A stretch of 64,000 bases of DNA. It comes from Eledone cirrhosa. Its lineage: Eukaryota. Numbering within the stretch: the stretch's first letter is position 1; each line of letters begins with the position of its first letter. The notes beneath the pieces were generated by a model that did not search any database, was not told the origin of the DNA, and was given only the letters and a program-made list of their open reading frames with translations. The stretch lies in assembly GCA_964016885.1 (NCBI GenBank), contig OZ024744.1:16430001-16494000 (forward strand), read 5' to 3'. Position numbers and translations under genes: made by a program. Shown piece after piece: positions 37,226 through 52,099 of this stretch.

Positions 37226-40200
37226 GTTCAGCTGACCAATGTGTCCTGTGTATACTGTAGTACTGTGTAAAGTGTATTGTTCACCTGAAGAATGTCTCCT
37301 GTGTTTACTGTAGTACTGTGTAAAGTGTACTGTTCACCTGAAGAATTTGTCCTGTGTTTACTGTAGTACTGTGTAAAGTGTACTGTTCAGCTGAGGAATG
37401 TGTCCTGTGTTTACTGTAGTAGTGTGTAAAGTGTACTGTTCACCTGACGAATGTGTCCTGTGTTTACTGTAGTAGTGTGTAAGATGTACTGTTCAGCTAA
37501 CTAATGGTTCCTGTGTTTACTGTAGTACCGTGTAAAATGTACTCTTCACCTGAAGAATGTGTCCTGTGTTTACTATCGTACTGTGTAAAGTGTACTCTTC
37601 AGTTGAAGAAAGTGTCCTCTGTTTACTGTAGTAATGTGTAAAGTGTACTGTTCAGCTGAAGAATGTCTCCTGTGTTTACTGTAGTACTGTGTAAAGTGTA
37701 CTGTTCACCTGAAGAATTTGTCCTGTGTTTACTGTAGTACTGTGCAAAGTGTACTGTTCACCTGAAGAATGTGTCCTGTGTTTACTGTAGTACTGTGTAA
37801 AGTATAATGTTTAGCTGAAGAAAGTGTCCTGTGTTTACTGTAGTAATGTGTAAAGTGTACTGTTCATTTCAAGAATATGTCCTGTGTTTACTGTAGTACT
37901 GTGTAATGTGTACTCTTCCTCTGAAGAATGTGTCCTGTGTTTACTGTAGTACTGTGTGAATTGTACTGTTCACCTGAAGAATATGTCGTGTGTTTACTGT
38001 AGTACCGTGTAAAGTGTACTGTTGACCTGAAGAATGTGTCCTGTGTTTACTGTAGTACTGTGTAACGTGTACTGTTCACCTGAAGAATGTGTCCTGTGTT
38101 TACTCTAGTACTGTGTAAAGTGTACTGTTCACCTGAAGAATATGTCCTCTGTTTAACATAGTAATGTGTAAAGTGTACTCTTCACCTGAAGAATGTGTCC
38201 TGTGTTTGCTGCAGTACTGTGTAAAGTGTACCGTTCAGCTGAAGAATGTGTCCTGTGTTTACTGTAGCACTGTGTAAAGTATACTGTTCACCTGAAGAAT
38301 GTGTCCTGTGTTTACTGTAGTAATGTGTAAAGTGTACTGTTCACCTGACGAATGTGTCCTGTGTTTACTGTAGTAATGCGTAAAGTGTACTGTTCACCTG
38401 AAGAATGTGTCCTGTGTTTACTGTAGTACTGTGTAAAGTGTACTGTTCACATGAAGAATGTGTCCTGTGTTTATTGTAGTACGGTGTAAAATGTAGTGTT
38501 CAGCTGAAGAATGTGTTCTGTGTTTAATGTAGGACTGTGTAAATTGTACTGTTCACCTGAAAAATGTGTCCTGTGTTTACTGTAGTACTGTGTAAAGTGT
38601 ACAGTTCACCTTAAGAAAGTGTCCCATGTTTACTGTAGTACTGTGTAAAGTGTACTGTTCACCGGAAGAACGAGTCCTGTGTTTAATGTAGTACTGTGTA
38701 AAGTGTACTGTTCACCTGAAGAATGTGTCCTGTGTTTACTGTAGTACTGTGTAAAGTGTACTGTTTAGCTGAAGAATGTGTCCAGTATTTACTGTAGTAC
38801 TGTGTAAAGTGTACTGTTCACCTGACGAAAATGTCCTGTGTTTACTGTAGTACTGTGTAAAGTGTACTGTTCAGCTGATGAATGTGTCCTGTGTTTACTG
38901 TAGTAGCGTGTAAAGTGTACTGTTCAGCTGAGGAATGTGTCCTGTGTTTATTGTAGTACTGTGTTTAGTGTAATTTTCACCTGAAGAAAGTGTCCTGTGT
39001 TTACTCTAGTACTGTGTACGGTGTACTGTTCAGCGGAGGAATGTGTTCTGTGTTTACTGTAGTACTGTGTATAGTGTACTGATCACTTGAAGAATGTGTC
39101 CTGTGTTTACTGTAGTACTGTTTAATGTGTACTGTTCACCTGAAGAATGTGTCCTGTGTTTACTGTAGTACTGTGTACAGTGTACAGTTCACCTGGGGAA
39201 TGTGTCCTGTGTTTACTGTAGTACTGTGTAAAGTGTACTGTTCACCTGACGAATGTGTCCTGTGTTTACTGTAGTACTGTGTAAAGTGTACTGTTCACCT
39301 GAAGAATGTGTCCTGTGTTTACTGTAGTACTGTGTAAAGTGTACTTTTCAGCTGAAGAATGTGTCCTGTGTTTACTGTAGTACTGTGTAAAGTATAATGC
39401 ACAGCTGAAGAAAGTGTCCTGTGTTTACTGTAGGACTGTGTAAAGTGTACTGTTCACCTGAAGAATGTGTACTCTGTTTACTGTAGTACTGTGTAAAGTG
39501 TACTCTTCACCTGAAGAATGTGTCCTGTGTTTACTGTTTTACGCTGGTACTGTGTAAAGCGTACTGTTCACCTGACGAACGTGTCCTGTGTTTACTGTAG
39601 AACTGTGTAAAGTGTACTGTTCAGCTGAGGAATGTGTCCTGTGTTTACTGTAGTAGTGTGTAAAGTGTACTGTTCACCTGACGAATGTGTCCTGTGTTTA
39701 CTGTAGTACTGTGTAAGATGTACTGTTCAGCTAACTAATGGTTCCTGTGTTTACTGTAGTACCGTGTAAAATGTACTCTTCACCTGAAGAATGTGTCCTG
39801 TGTTTACTATCGTACTGTGTAAAGTGTACTGTTCAGTTGAAGAAAGTGTCCTCTGTTTACTGTAGTAATGTGTAAAGTGTACTGTTCAGCTGAAGAATGT
39901 CTCCTGTGTTTACTGTAGTACTGTGTAAAGTGTACTGTTCACCTGACGAATTTGTCCTGTGTTTACTGTAGTACTGTGTAAAGTGTACTCTTCACCTGAA
40001 GAATGTGTCCTGTGTTTACTGTAGTACTGTGTAAAGTATAATGTTTAGCTGAAGAAAGTGTCCTGTGTTTACTGTAGTAATGTGTAAAGTGTACTGTTCA
40101 TTTCAAGAATATGTCCTGTGTTTACTGTAGTACTGTGTAAAAGTGTACTGTTCTGCTGAAGAATGTGTCCTGTGTTTACTGTAGTACTGTGTGAATTGTA

Positions 40201-43200
40201 CTGTTCACCTGAAGAATATGTCGTGTGTTTACTGTAGTACCGTGTAAAGTGTACTGTTGACCTGAAGAATGTGTCCTGTGTTTACTGTAGTACTGTGTAA
40301 CGTGTACTGTTCACCTGAAGAATGTGTCCTGTGTTTACTCTAGTACTGTGTAAAGTGTACTGTTCACCTGAAGAATATGTCCTCTGTTTAACATAGTAAT
40401 GTGTAAAGTGTACTGTTCACCTACAGAATGTGTCCTGTGTTTACTGTGGTACTGTCTAAAGCGTACTGTTCAGCTGAAGAATGTGTCCTGTGTTTACTGT
40501 AGTACTGTGTACAGTCTAGTGTTCAGTTGAAGAATGTGTCCTGTGTTTACTGTAGTACTGTGTAACGTGTACTGTTCACCTGAAGAATGTGTCCTGTGTT
40601 TACTGTAGTACTGTGTAAAGTGTACTGTTCAGCTGATGAATGTGTCCTGTGTTTACTGTGGTACTGTGTAAAGTGTACTGTTCACCTGAAGAATGTGTAC
40701 TGTGTTTACTGTAGTACTGTGTAAAGTGTACTGTTCACGTGAAGAATGTGTCCTGTGTTGACTGCAGTACTGTGTAAAGTGTACTGTTCACCTGAAGAAT
40801 GTGTCCTGTGTTTACTTAAGTACTGTGTAAAGTGTACTATTCTCCTGAAGAATGTGTCCTGTGTTTACTGTAGTACTGTGTAAAGTATAATGCACAGCTG
40901 AAGAAAGTGTCCTGTGTTTACTGTAGGACTGTGTAAAGTGTACTGTTCACCTGAAGAATGTGTACTGTGTTTACTGTAGTAATGTGTAAAGTGTGCTGTT
41001 TACCTGAAGAATGTGTCCTGTGTTTACTGTAGTAATGTGTGAAGTGTACTGTTCACCTGAAGAATATGTCCCGTGTTTACTGTAGTACTGTGTAAAGTGT
41101 ACTGTTCACCTGAAGAATGTGTCCTGTGTTTACTGTAGTACTGTGTAAAGTATAATGCACAGCTGAAGAAATTGTCCTGTGTTTACTGTAGGACTGTGTA
41201 AAGTGTACTGTTCACCTGAAGAATGTGTACTGTGTTTACTGTAGTACTGTGTAAAGTGTACTCTTCACCTGAAGAATGTGTCCTGTGTTTACTGTTTTAC
41301 GCTGGTACTGTGTAAAGCGTACTGTTCACCTGACGAATGTGTGCTGTGTTTACTGTAGAACTGTGTAAAGTGTACTGTTCAGATGAGGAATGTGTCCTGT
41401 GTTTACTGTAGTATTGTGTAAAGTGTACTGTTCACCTGACGAATGTGTCCTGTGTTTACTGTAGTACTGTGTAAGATGTACTGTTCAGCTAACTAATGGT
41501 TCCTGTGTTTACTGTAGTACCGTGTAAGATGTACTCTTCACCTGAAGAATGTGTCCTGTGTTTACTATCGTACTGTGTAAAGTGTACTCTTCACCTGAAG
41601 AATGTGTCCTGTGTTTGCTGCAGTACTGTGTAAAGTGTACCGTTCAGCTGAAGAATGTGTCCTGTGTTTTCTGTAGCACTGTGTAAAGTATACTGTTCAC
41701 CTGAAGAATGTGTCCTGTGTTTACTGTAGTAATGTGTAAAGTGTACTGTTCACCTGACGAATGTGTCCTGTGTTTACTGTAGTACTGTGTAAAGTGTACT
41801 GTTCACATGAAGAATGTGTCCTGTGTTTATTGTAGTACGGTGTAAAATGTAGTGTTCAGCTGAAGAATGTGTTCTGTGTTTAATGTAGGACTGTGTAAAT
41901 TGTACTGTTCACCTGAAAAATGTGTCCTGTGTTTACTGTAGTACTGTGTAAAGTGTACAGTTCACCTTAAGAAAGTGTCCCATGTTTACTGTAGTACTGT
42001 GTAAAGTGTACTGTTCACCTGAAGAACGAGTCCTGTGTTTACTGTAGTACTGTGTAAAGTGTACTGTTCACCTGAAGAATGTGTCCTGTGTTTACTCTAG
42101 TACTGTGTAAAGTGTAATGTTTACCTGAAGAATGTGTCCTGTGTTTACTGTAGTACTGTGTAAAGTGTACTGTTCACCTGAAGAATATGTCCCGTGTTTT
42201 CTGTAGTACTGTGTAAAGTGTACTGTTCACCTGAAGAATGTGTCCTGTGTTTACTGTAGTACTGTGTAAAGTGTACTTTTTAGCTGAAGAATGTGTCCAG
42301 TGTTTACTGCAGTACTGTGTAAAGTGTACTGTTCACCTGACGAAAATGTCCTGTGTTTACTGTAGTACTGTGTAAAGTGTACTGATCACTTGAAGAATGT
42401 GTCCTGTGTTTACTGTAGTACTGTTTAAAGAGTACTGTTCACCTGAAGAATGTGTCCTGTGTTTACTGTAGTACTGTGTACAGTGTACTGTTCAGCTGAA
42501 GAATGTGTCCTGTGTTTACTGTAGTACTGTGTAAAGTGTACTGTTCACCTGACGAATGTGTCCTGTGTTTACTGTAGTACTGTGTAAAGTGTACTGTTCA
42601 TCTGAAGAATGTGTCCTGTGTTTACTGTAGTACTGTGTAAAGAGTACTTTTTCAGCTGAAGAATGTGTCCTGTGTTTACTGTAGTACTGTGTAAAGTGTA
42701 CTCTTCACCTGAAGAATGTGTCCTGTGTTTACTGCAGTAATGTGTAAAGTGTGCTGTTCAGCTGAAGAATGTGTCCTGTGTTTACTGTAGTAATGTGTAA
42801 AGTGTACTGTTCACCTGAAGAATATGTCCCGTGTTTACTGTAGTACTGTGTAAAATGTACTCTTCACCTGAAGAATGTGTCCTGTGTTTACTGTAGTACT
42901 GAGTAAAGTATAATGCACAGCTGAAGAAAGTGTCCTGTGTTTACTGTAGGACTGTGTAAAGTGTACTGTTCACCTGAAGAATGTGTACTGTGTTTACTGT
43001 AGTACTGTGTAAAGTGTACTCTTCACCTGAAGAATGTGTCCTGTGTTTACTGTTTTACGCTGGTACTGTGTAAAGCGTACTTTTCACCTGACGAACGTGT
43101 CCTGTGTTTACTGTAGAACTGTGTAAAATGTACTGTTCAGCTGAGGAATGTGTCCTGTGTTTACTGTAGTAGTGTGTAAAGTGTACTGTTCACCTGACGA

Positions 43201-46200
43201 ATGTGTCCTGTGTTTACTGTAGTACTGTGTAAGATGTACTGTTCAGCTAACTAATGGTTCCTGTGTTTACTGTAGTACCGTGTAAAATGTACTCTTCACC
43301 TGAAGAATGTGTCCTGTGTTTACTATCGTACTGTGTAAAGTGTACTCTTCACCTGAAGAATGTGTCCAGTGTTTGCTGCAGTACTGTGTAAAGTGTACCG
43401 TTCAGCTGAAGAATGTGTCCTGTGTTTACTGTAGTAATGTGTAAAGTGTACTGTTCACCTGACGAATGTATCCTGTGTTTACTGTAGTAATGCGTAAAGT
43501 GTACTGTTCACGTGAAGAATGTGTTCTGTGTTTACTGTAGTACTGTGTAAAGTGTACTGTTCACCTGAAGAATGTGTCCTCTGTTTACTGTAGTACTGTG
43601 TAAAGTGTACAGTTCACCTTAAGAAAGTGTCCCATGTTTACTGTAGTACTGTGTAAAGTGTACTGTTCACCTGAAGAACGAGTCCTGTGTTTACTGTAGT
43701 ACTGTTTAAAGTGTACTGTTCACCTGAAGAATGTGTCCTGTGTTTACTCTAGTACTGTGTAAAGTGTAATGTTTACCTGAAGAATGTGTCCTGTGTTTAC
43801 TGTAGTACTGTGTAAAGTGTACTGTTCACCTGAAGAATATGTCCCGTGTTTTCTGTAGTACTGTGTAAAGTGTACTGTTCACCTGAAGAATGTGTCCTGT
43901 GTTTACTGTAGTACTGTGTAAAGTGTACTGTTCAGCTGAGGAATGTGTCCTGTGTTTACTTAAGTACTGTGTAAAGTGTACTGTTCTCCTGAAGAATGTG
44001 TCCTGTGTTTACTGTAGTACTGTGTAAAATGTACTGTTCACCTGAAGAATATATCGTGTGTTTACTGTAGCACTGTGTAAATTGTACTGTACACGTGAAG
44101 AATGTGTTCTGTGTTGACTGTAGTACTGTGTAAAGTGTACTGTTCAGCTGAGGAATGTTTCCTGCGTTTACTATAGTACTGTGTAAAGTATCCTGTTCAC
44201 CTGACGAATGTGTCCTGTGATTACTGTAGTACTGTGTAAAGTGTACTGTTCACCTGAAGAATGTGTCCTGTGTTTACTGTAGTACTGTGTAAAGTGTACT
44301 GTTCAGCTGAAGAATGTGTCCTGTGTTTTCTGTAAAACTGTGTAAAGTGTACTGTTCACCTGACGAATGTGTCCTGTGTTTACTGTAGTACTGTGTAAAG
44401 TGTACTGTTCACCTGAAGAATGTGTCCTGTGTTTACTGTAGTACTGTGTAAAGTGTACTGTTCAGCTGAAGAATGTGTCCTGTGTTTACTGTGGTACTGT
44501 GTAAAGTGTACTGTTTACCTGAAGAATGTGTCCTGTGTTTACTGTAGTAATGTGTAAAGTGTGCTGTTCAGCTGAAGAATGTGTCCTGTGTTTACTGTCG
44601 TAATGTGTAAAGTGTACTGTTCACCTGAAGAATATGTCCCGTGTTTACTGTAGTACTGTGTAAAGTGTACTCTTCACCTGAAGAATGTGTCCTGTGTTTA
44701 CTGTAGTACTGTGTAAAGTATAATGCACAGCTGAAGAAAGTGTCCTGTGTTTACTGTAGGACTGTGTAAAGTGTACTGTTCACCTGAAGAATGTGTACTG
44801 TGTTTACTGTAGTACTGTGAAAAGTGTACTCTTCACCTGAAGAATGTGTCCTGTGTTTACAGTTTTACGCTGGTACTGTGTAAAGCGTACTGTTCACCTG
44901 ACGAATGTGTGCTGTGTTTACTGTAGAACTGTGTAAAGTGTACTGTTCAGCTGAGGAATGTGTCCTGTGTTTACTGTAGTAGTGTGTAAAGTGTACGGTT
45001 CACCTGACGAATGTGTCCTGTGTTTACTGTAGTGTTCAGCTGAAAAATGTGTCCTGTGTTTAATGTAGGACTGTGTAAATTGTACTCCTCACCTGAAAAA
45101 TGTGTCCTGTGTTTACTGTAGTACTGTGTAAAGTGTACAGTTCACCTTAAGAAAGTGTCCCATGTTTACTGTAGTACTGTGTAAAGTGTACTGTTCACCT
45201 GAAGAACGAGTCCTGTGTTTACTGTAGTACTGTGTAAAGTGTACTGTTCACCTGACGAATGTGTCCTGTGTTTACTGTAGTACTGTGTAAAGTGTACCGT
45301 TCAGCTGAGGAATGTGTCCTGTGTTTACTTAAGTACTGTGTAAAGTGTACTGTTCTCCTGAAGAATGTGTCCTGTGTTTACTGTAGTACTGTGTAAAATG
45401 TACTGTTCACCTGAAGAATATATCGTGTGTTTACTGTAGTACTGTGTAAATTGTACTGTACACGTGAAGAATGTGTTCTGTGTTGACTGTAGTACTGTGT
45501 AAAGTGTGCGGTTCAGCTGAAGAATGTGTCCTGTGTTTACTGTAGTAATGTGTAAAGTGTACTGTTCACCTGAAGAATATTCCCGTGTTTACTGTAGTAC
45601 TGTGTAAAGTGTACTCTTCACCTGAAGAATGTGTCCTGTGTTTACTGTAGTAGTGTGTAAAGTGTACTGTTCACCTGACGAATGTGTCCTGTGTTTACTG
45701 TAGTACTGTGTAAGATATACTCTTCAGCTAACTAATGGTTCCTGTGTTTACTGTAGTACCGTGTAAAATGTACTCTTCACCTGAAGAATGTGTCCTGTGT
45801 TTACTATCGTACTGTGTAAAGTGTACTCTTCACCTGAAGAATGTGTCCTCTGTTTGCTGCAGTACTGTGTAAAGTGTACCGTTCAGCTGAAGAATGTGTC
45901 CTGTGTTTACTGTAGCACTGTGTAAAGTATACTGTTCACCTGAAGAATGTGTCCTGTGTTTACTGTAGTAATGTGTAAAGTGTACTGTTCACCTGACGAA
46001 TGTGTCCTGTGTTTACTGTAGTAATGCGTAAAGTGTACTGTTCACCTGAAGAATGTGTTCTGTGTTTACTGTAGTACTGTGTAAAGTGTACTGTTCACAT
46101 GAAGAATGTGTCCTGTGTTTATTGTAGTACTGTGTAAAGTATAATGCACAGCTGAAGAAAGTGTCCTGTGTTTACTGTAGGACTGTGTAAAGTGTACTGT

Positions 46201-49200
46201 TCACCTGAAGAATGTGTACTGTGTTTACTGTAGTACTGTGTAAAGTGTACTCTTCACCTGAAGAATGTGTCCTGTGTTTACTGTAGCACTGTGCAAAGTA
46301 TACTGTTCACCTGAAGAATGTGACCTGTGTTTACTGTAGTAATCTGTAAAGTGTACTGTTCACCTGACGAATGTGTCCTGTGTTTACTGTAGTAATGCGT
46401 AAAGTGTACTGTTCAGCTGAAGAATGTGTACTGTGTTTACTGTAGTACTGTGTAAAGTGTACTCTTCACCTGAAGAATGTGTCCTGTGTTTACTGTAGTA
46501 CTGTGTAAAGTATAATGCACAGCTGAAGAAAGTGTCCTGTGTTTACTGTAGGACGGTGTAAAGTGTACTGTTCACCTGAAGAATGTGTACTGTGTTTACT
46601 GTAGTACTGTGTAAAGTGTACTCTTCACCTGAAGAATGTGTCCTGTGTTTACTGTTTTACGCTGGTACTGTGTAAAGCGTACTGTTCACCTGAAGAACGT
46701 GTCCTGTGTTTACTGTAGAACTGTGCAAAGTGTACTGTTCAGCTGAGGAATGTGTCCTGTGTTTACTGTAGTAGTGTGTAAAGTGTACTGTTCACCTGAC
46801 GAATGTGTCCTGTGTTTACTGTAGTACTGTGTAAGATGTACTGTTCAGCTAACTAATGGTTCCTGTGTTTACTGTAGTACCGTGTAAAATGTACTCTTCA
46901 CCTGAAGAATGTGTCCTGTGTTTACTATCGTACTGTGTAAAGTGTACTCTTCACCTGAAGAATGTGTCCAGTGTTTGCTGAGTACTGTGTAAAGTGTACC
47001 GTTCAGCTGAAGAATGTGTCCTGTGTTTACTGTAGCACTCTGTAAACTATACTGTTCGCCTGAAGAATGTGTCCTGTGTTTACTCTAGTAATGTGTAAAG
47101 TGTACTGTTCACCTGACGAATGTATCCTGTGTTTACTGTAGTACTGTGTAAAGTGTACTGTTCACATGAAGAATGTGTCCTGTGTTTATTGTAGTACTGT
47201 GTAAAATGTAGTGTTCAGCTGAAGAATGTGTCCTGTGTTTAATGTAGGACTGTGTAAATTGTACTGTTCACCTGAAAAATGTGTCCTGTGTTTACTGTAG
47301 TACTGTGTAAAGTGTACTGTTCACATGAAGAATGTGTCCTCTGTTTACTGTAGTACTGTGTAAAGTGTACAGTTCACCTTAAGAAAGTGTCCCATGTTTA
47401 CTGTAGTACTGTGTAAAGTGTACTGTTCACCTGAAGAACGAGTCCTGTGTTTACTGTAATACTGTGTAAAGTGTACTGTTCACCTGAAGAATGTGTCCTG
47501 TGTTTACTGTAGTACTGTGTAAAGTGTAATGTTTACCTGAAGAATGTGTCCTGTGTTTACTGTAGTACTGTGTAAAGTGTACTGTTCACCTGAAGAATAT
47601 GTCCCGTGTTTTCTGTAGTACTGTGTAAAGTGTACTGTTCACCTGAAGAATGTGTCCTGTGTTTACTGTAGTACTGTGTAAAGTGTACTGTTCACCTGAA
47701 GAATGTGTCCTGTGTTTACTGTAGTACTGTGTAAAGTGTACTGTTCAGCTGAGGAATGTGTCCTGTGTTTACTTAAGTACTGTGTAAAGTGTACTGTTCT
47801 CCTGAAGAATGTGTCCTGTGTTTACTGTAGTACTGTGTAAAATGTACTGTTCACCTGAAGAATATATCGTGTGTTTACTGTAGCACTGTGTAAATTGTAC
47901 TGTACACGTGAAGAATGTGTTCTGTGTTGACTGTAGTACTGTGTAAAGTGTACTGTTCAGCTGAGGAATGTTTCCTGCATTTACTTTAGTACTGTGTAAA
48001 GTATACTGTTCACCTGACGAATGTGTCCTGTGATTACTGTAGTACTGTGTAAAGTGTACTGTTCACCTGAAGAATGTGTCCTGTGTTTACTGTAGTACTG
48101 TGTAAAGTGTACTGTTCAGCTGAAGAATGTGTCCTGTGTTTACTGTAGTACTGTGTAAAGTATACTGTTCACCTGACGAATGTGTCCTGTGTCTACTGTA
48201 GTACTGTGTAAAGTGTACTGTTCACCTGAAGAATGTGTCCTGTGTTTACTGTAGTACTGTGTAAAGTGTACTGTTCAGCTGAAGAATGTGTCCTGTGTTT
48301 ACTGTAGTACTGTGTAAAGTGTACTGTTTACCTGAAGAATGTGTCCTGTGTTTACTGTAGTAATGTGTAAAGTGTGCTGTTCAGCTGAAGAATGTGTCCT
48401 GTGTTTACTGTAGTAATGTGTAAAGTGTACTGTTCACCTGAAGAATATGTCCCGTGTTTACTGTAGTAGTGTGTAAAGTGTACTCTTCACCTGAAGAATG
48501 TGTCCTGTGTTTACTGTAGTACTGTGTAAAGTATAATGCACAGCTGAAGAAAGTGTCCTGTGTTTACTGTAGGACTGTGTAAAGTGTGCTGTTCAGCTGA
48601 AGAATGTGTCCTGTGTTTACTGTAGTAATGTGTAAAGTGTACTGTTCACCTGAAGAATGTGTACTGTGTTTACTGTAGTACTGTGAAAAGTGTACTCTTC
48701 ACCTGAAGAATGTGTCCTGTGTTTACAGTTTTACGCTGGTACTGTGTAAAGCGTACTGTTCACCTGACGAATGTGTGCTGTGTTTACTGTAGAACTGTGT
48801 AAAGTGTACTGTTCAGCTGAGGAATGTGTCCTGTGTTTACTGTAGTAGTGTGTAAAGTGTACTGTTCACCTGACGAATGTGTCCTGTGTTTACTGTAGTG
48901 TTCAGCTGAAGAAGGTGTCCTGTGTTTAATGTAGGACTGTGTAAATTGTACTGTTCACCTGAAAAATGTGTCCTGTGTTTACTGTAGTACTGTGTAAAGT
49001 GTACAGTTCACCTTAAGAAAGTGTCCCATGTTTACTGTAGTACTGTGTAAAGTGTACTGTTCACCTGAAGAACGAGTCCTGTGTTTACTGTAGTACTGTG
49101 TAAAGTGTACTGTTCGCCTGAAGAATGTGTCCTGTGTTTACTGTAGTACTGTGTAAAGTGTACTGTTCACCTGAAGAATATGTCCCGTGTTTTCTGTAGT

Positions 49201-52099
49201 ACTGTGTAAAGTGTACTGTTCACCTGAAGAATGTGTCCTGTGTTTACTGTAGTACTGTGTAAAGTGTACCGTTCAGCTGAGGAATGTGTCCTGTGTTTAC
49301 TTAAGTACTGTGTAAAGTGTACTTTTCTCCTGAAGAATGTGTCCTGTGTTTACTGTAGTACTGTGTAAAATGTACTGTTCACCTGAAGAATATATCGTGT
49401 GTTTACTGTAGTACTGTGTAAAGTGTACTGTTCACCTGAAGAATGTGTCCTGTGTTTACTGTAGTACTGTGAAAAGTGTACTGTTCAGCTGGAGAATGTG
49501 TCCTGTGTTTACTGTAGTACTGTGTAAAGTGTACTGTTCACCTGACGAATGTGTCCTGTGTTTACTGTAGTAATGTGTAAAGTGTGCGGTTCAGCTGAAG
49601 AATGTGTCCTGTGTTTACTGTAGTAATGTGTAAAGTGTACTGTTCACCTGAAGAATAGTCCCGTGTTTATTGTAGTACTGTGTAAAGTGTAATCTTCACC
49701 TGAAGAATGTGTCCTGTGTTTACTGTAGTAGTGTGTAAAGTGTACTGTTCACCTGACGAATGTGTCCTGTGTTTACTGTAGTACTGTGTAAGATGTACTG
49801 TTCAGCTAACTAATGGTTCCTGTGTTTACTGTAGTACCGTGTAAAATGTACTCTTCACCTGAAGAATGTGTCCTGTGTTTACTATCGTACTGTGTACAGT
49901 GTACTCTTCACCTGAAGAATGTGTCCTGTGTTTGCTGCAGTACTGTGTAAAGTGTACCGTTCAGCTGAAGAATGTGTCCTGTGTTTACTGTAGCACTGTG
50001 TAAAGTATACTGTTCACCTGAAGAATGTGTCCTGTGTTTACTGTAGTAATGTGTAAAGTGTACTGTTCACCTGACGAATGTGTCCTGTGTTTACTGTAGT
50101 AATGCGTAAAGTGTACTGTTCACCTAAAGAATGTGTCCTGTGTTTACTGTAGTACTGTGTAAAGTGTACTGTTCACATGAAGAATGTGTCCTGTGTTTAT
50201 TGTAGTACTGTGTAAAATGTAGTGTTAAGCTGAAGAATGTGTCCTGTGTTTAATGTAGGACTGTGTAAATTGTACTGTTCACCTGACAAATGTGTCCTGT
50301 GTTTACTGTAGTACTGTGTAAAGTGTACAGTTCACCTTAAGAAAGTGTCCCATGTTTACTGTAGTACTGTGTAAAGTGTACTGTTCACCTGAAGAACGAG
50401 TCCTGTGTTTACTGTAGTACTGTGTAAAGTGTACTGTTCACCTGAAGAATGTGTCCTGTGTTTACTCTAGTACTATGTAAAGTGTAATGTTTACCTGAAG
50501 AATGTGTCCTGTGTTTACTGTAGTACTGTGTAAAGTATACTGTTCATCTGAAGAATATGTCCCGTGTTTTCTGTAGTACTGTGTAAAGTGCACTGTTCAC
50601 CTGAAGAATGTGTCCTGTGTTTACTGTAGTACTGTGTAAAGTGTACTGTTTAGCTGAAGAATGTGTCCAGTGTTTACTGTAGTACTGTGTAAAGTGTACT
50701 GTTCACCTGACGAAAATGTCCTGTGTTTACTGTAGTACTGTGTAAAGTGTACTGTTCAGCTGAGGAATGTGTCCTGTGTTTATAGTAGTACTGTGTTTAG
50801 TGTAATTTTCACCTGAAGAATGTGTCCTGGGTTTATTGTAGTACTGTGTAAAGTGTACTGTTCAGCTGAAGAATGTGTCCTCTGTTTACTGTAGTAACGT
50901 GTAAAGTGTACTGTTCACCTGACGAATGTGTCCTGTGTTTACTGTAGTACTGTGTAAAGTGTACTGTTCACCTGAGGAATGTGTCCTGTGTTTACTGTAC
51001 TACTGTGTAAAGTGTACTGTTCACCTGGGGTATGTGTCCTGTGTTTACTGTAGTACTGTGTACCGTGTACTGTTCAGCTGAAGAATGTGTCCTGTGTTTA
51101 CTGTAGTACTGTCTAAAGTGTACTCTTCACCTGACGAATGTGTCCTGTGTTTACTGTAGTACTGTGTAAAGTGTACTGTTCACCTGAAGAATGTGTCCTG
51201 TGTTTACTGTAGTACTGTGTAAAGTGTACTGTTCACCTGAAGAATGTGTCCTGTGTTTACTGTTGTACTGTGTAAAGTATAATGTTTAGCTGAAGAAAGT
51301 GTCCTGTGTTTACTGTAGTAATGTGTAAAGTGTACTGTTCATTTCAAGAATATGTCCTGTGTTTACTGTAGTACTGTGTAAAAGTGTACTGTTCACCTGA
51401 AGAATGTGTCCTGTGTTTACTGTAGTAATGTGTAATGTGTACTCTTCCTCTGAAGAATGTGTCCTGTGTTTACTGTAGTACTGTGTGAATTGTACTGTTC
51501 ACCTGAAGAATATGTCGTGTGTTTACTGTAGTACCGTGTAAAGTGTACTGTTGACCTGAAGAATGTGTCCTGTGTTTACTGTAGTACTGTGTAACGTGTA
51601 CTGTTCACCTGAAGAATGTGTCCTGTGTTTACTCTAGTACTGTGTAAAGTGTACTGTTCACCTACAGAATGTGTCCTGTGTTTACTGTGGTACTGTCTAA
51701 AGCGTACTGTTCAGCTGAAGAATGTGTCCTGTGTTTACTGTAGTACTGTGTACAGTCTACTGTTCAGTTGAAGAATGTGTCCTGTGTTTACTGTAGTACT
51801 GTGTAACGTGTACTGTTCACCTGAAGAATGTGTCCTGTGTTTACTGTAGTACTGTTTAAAGTGTACTGTTCAGCTGAAGAATGTGTCCCGTGTTTACTGT
51901 AGTACTGTGTAACGTGTACTGTTCACCTGAAGAATGTGTCCTGTGTTTACTGTAGTACTGTGTAAAGTGTACTGTTCAGCTGAGGAATGTGTCCTGTGTT
52001 TACTGTGGTACTGTGTAAAGTGTACTGTTCACCTGAAGAATGTGTCCTGTGTTTACTGTAGTACTGTGTAAAGTGTACTGTTCACGTGAAGAATGTGTC

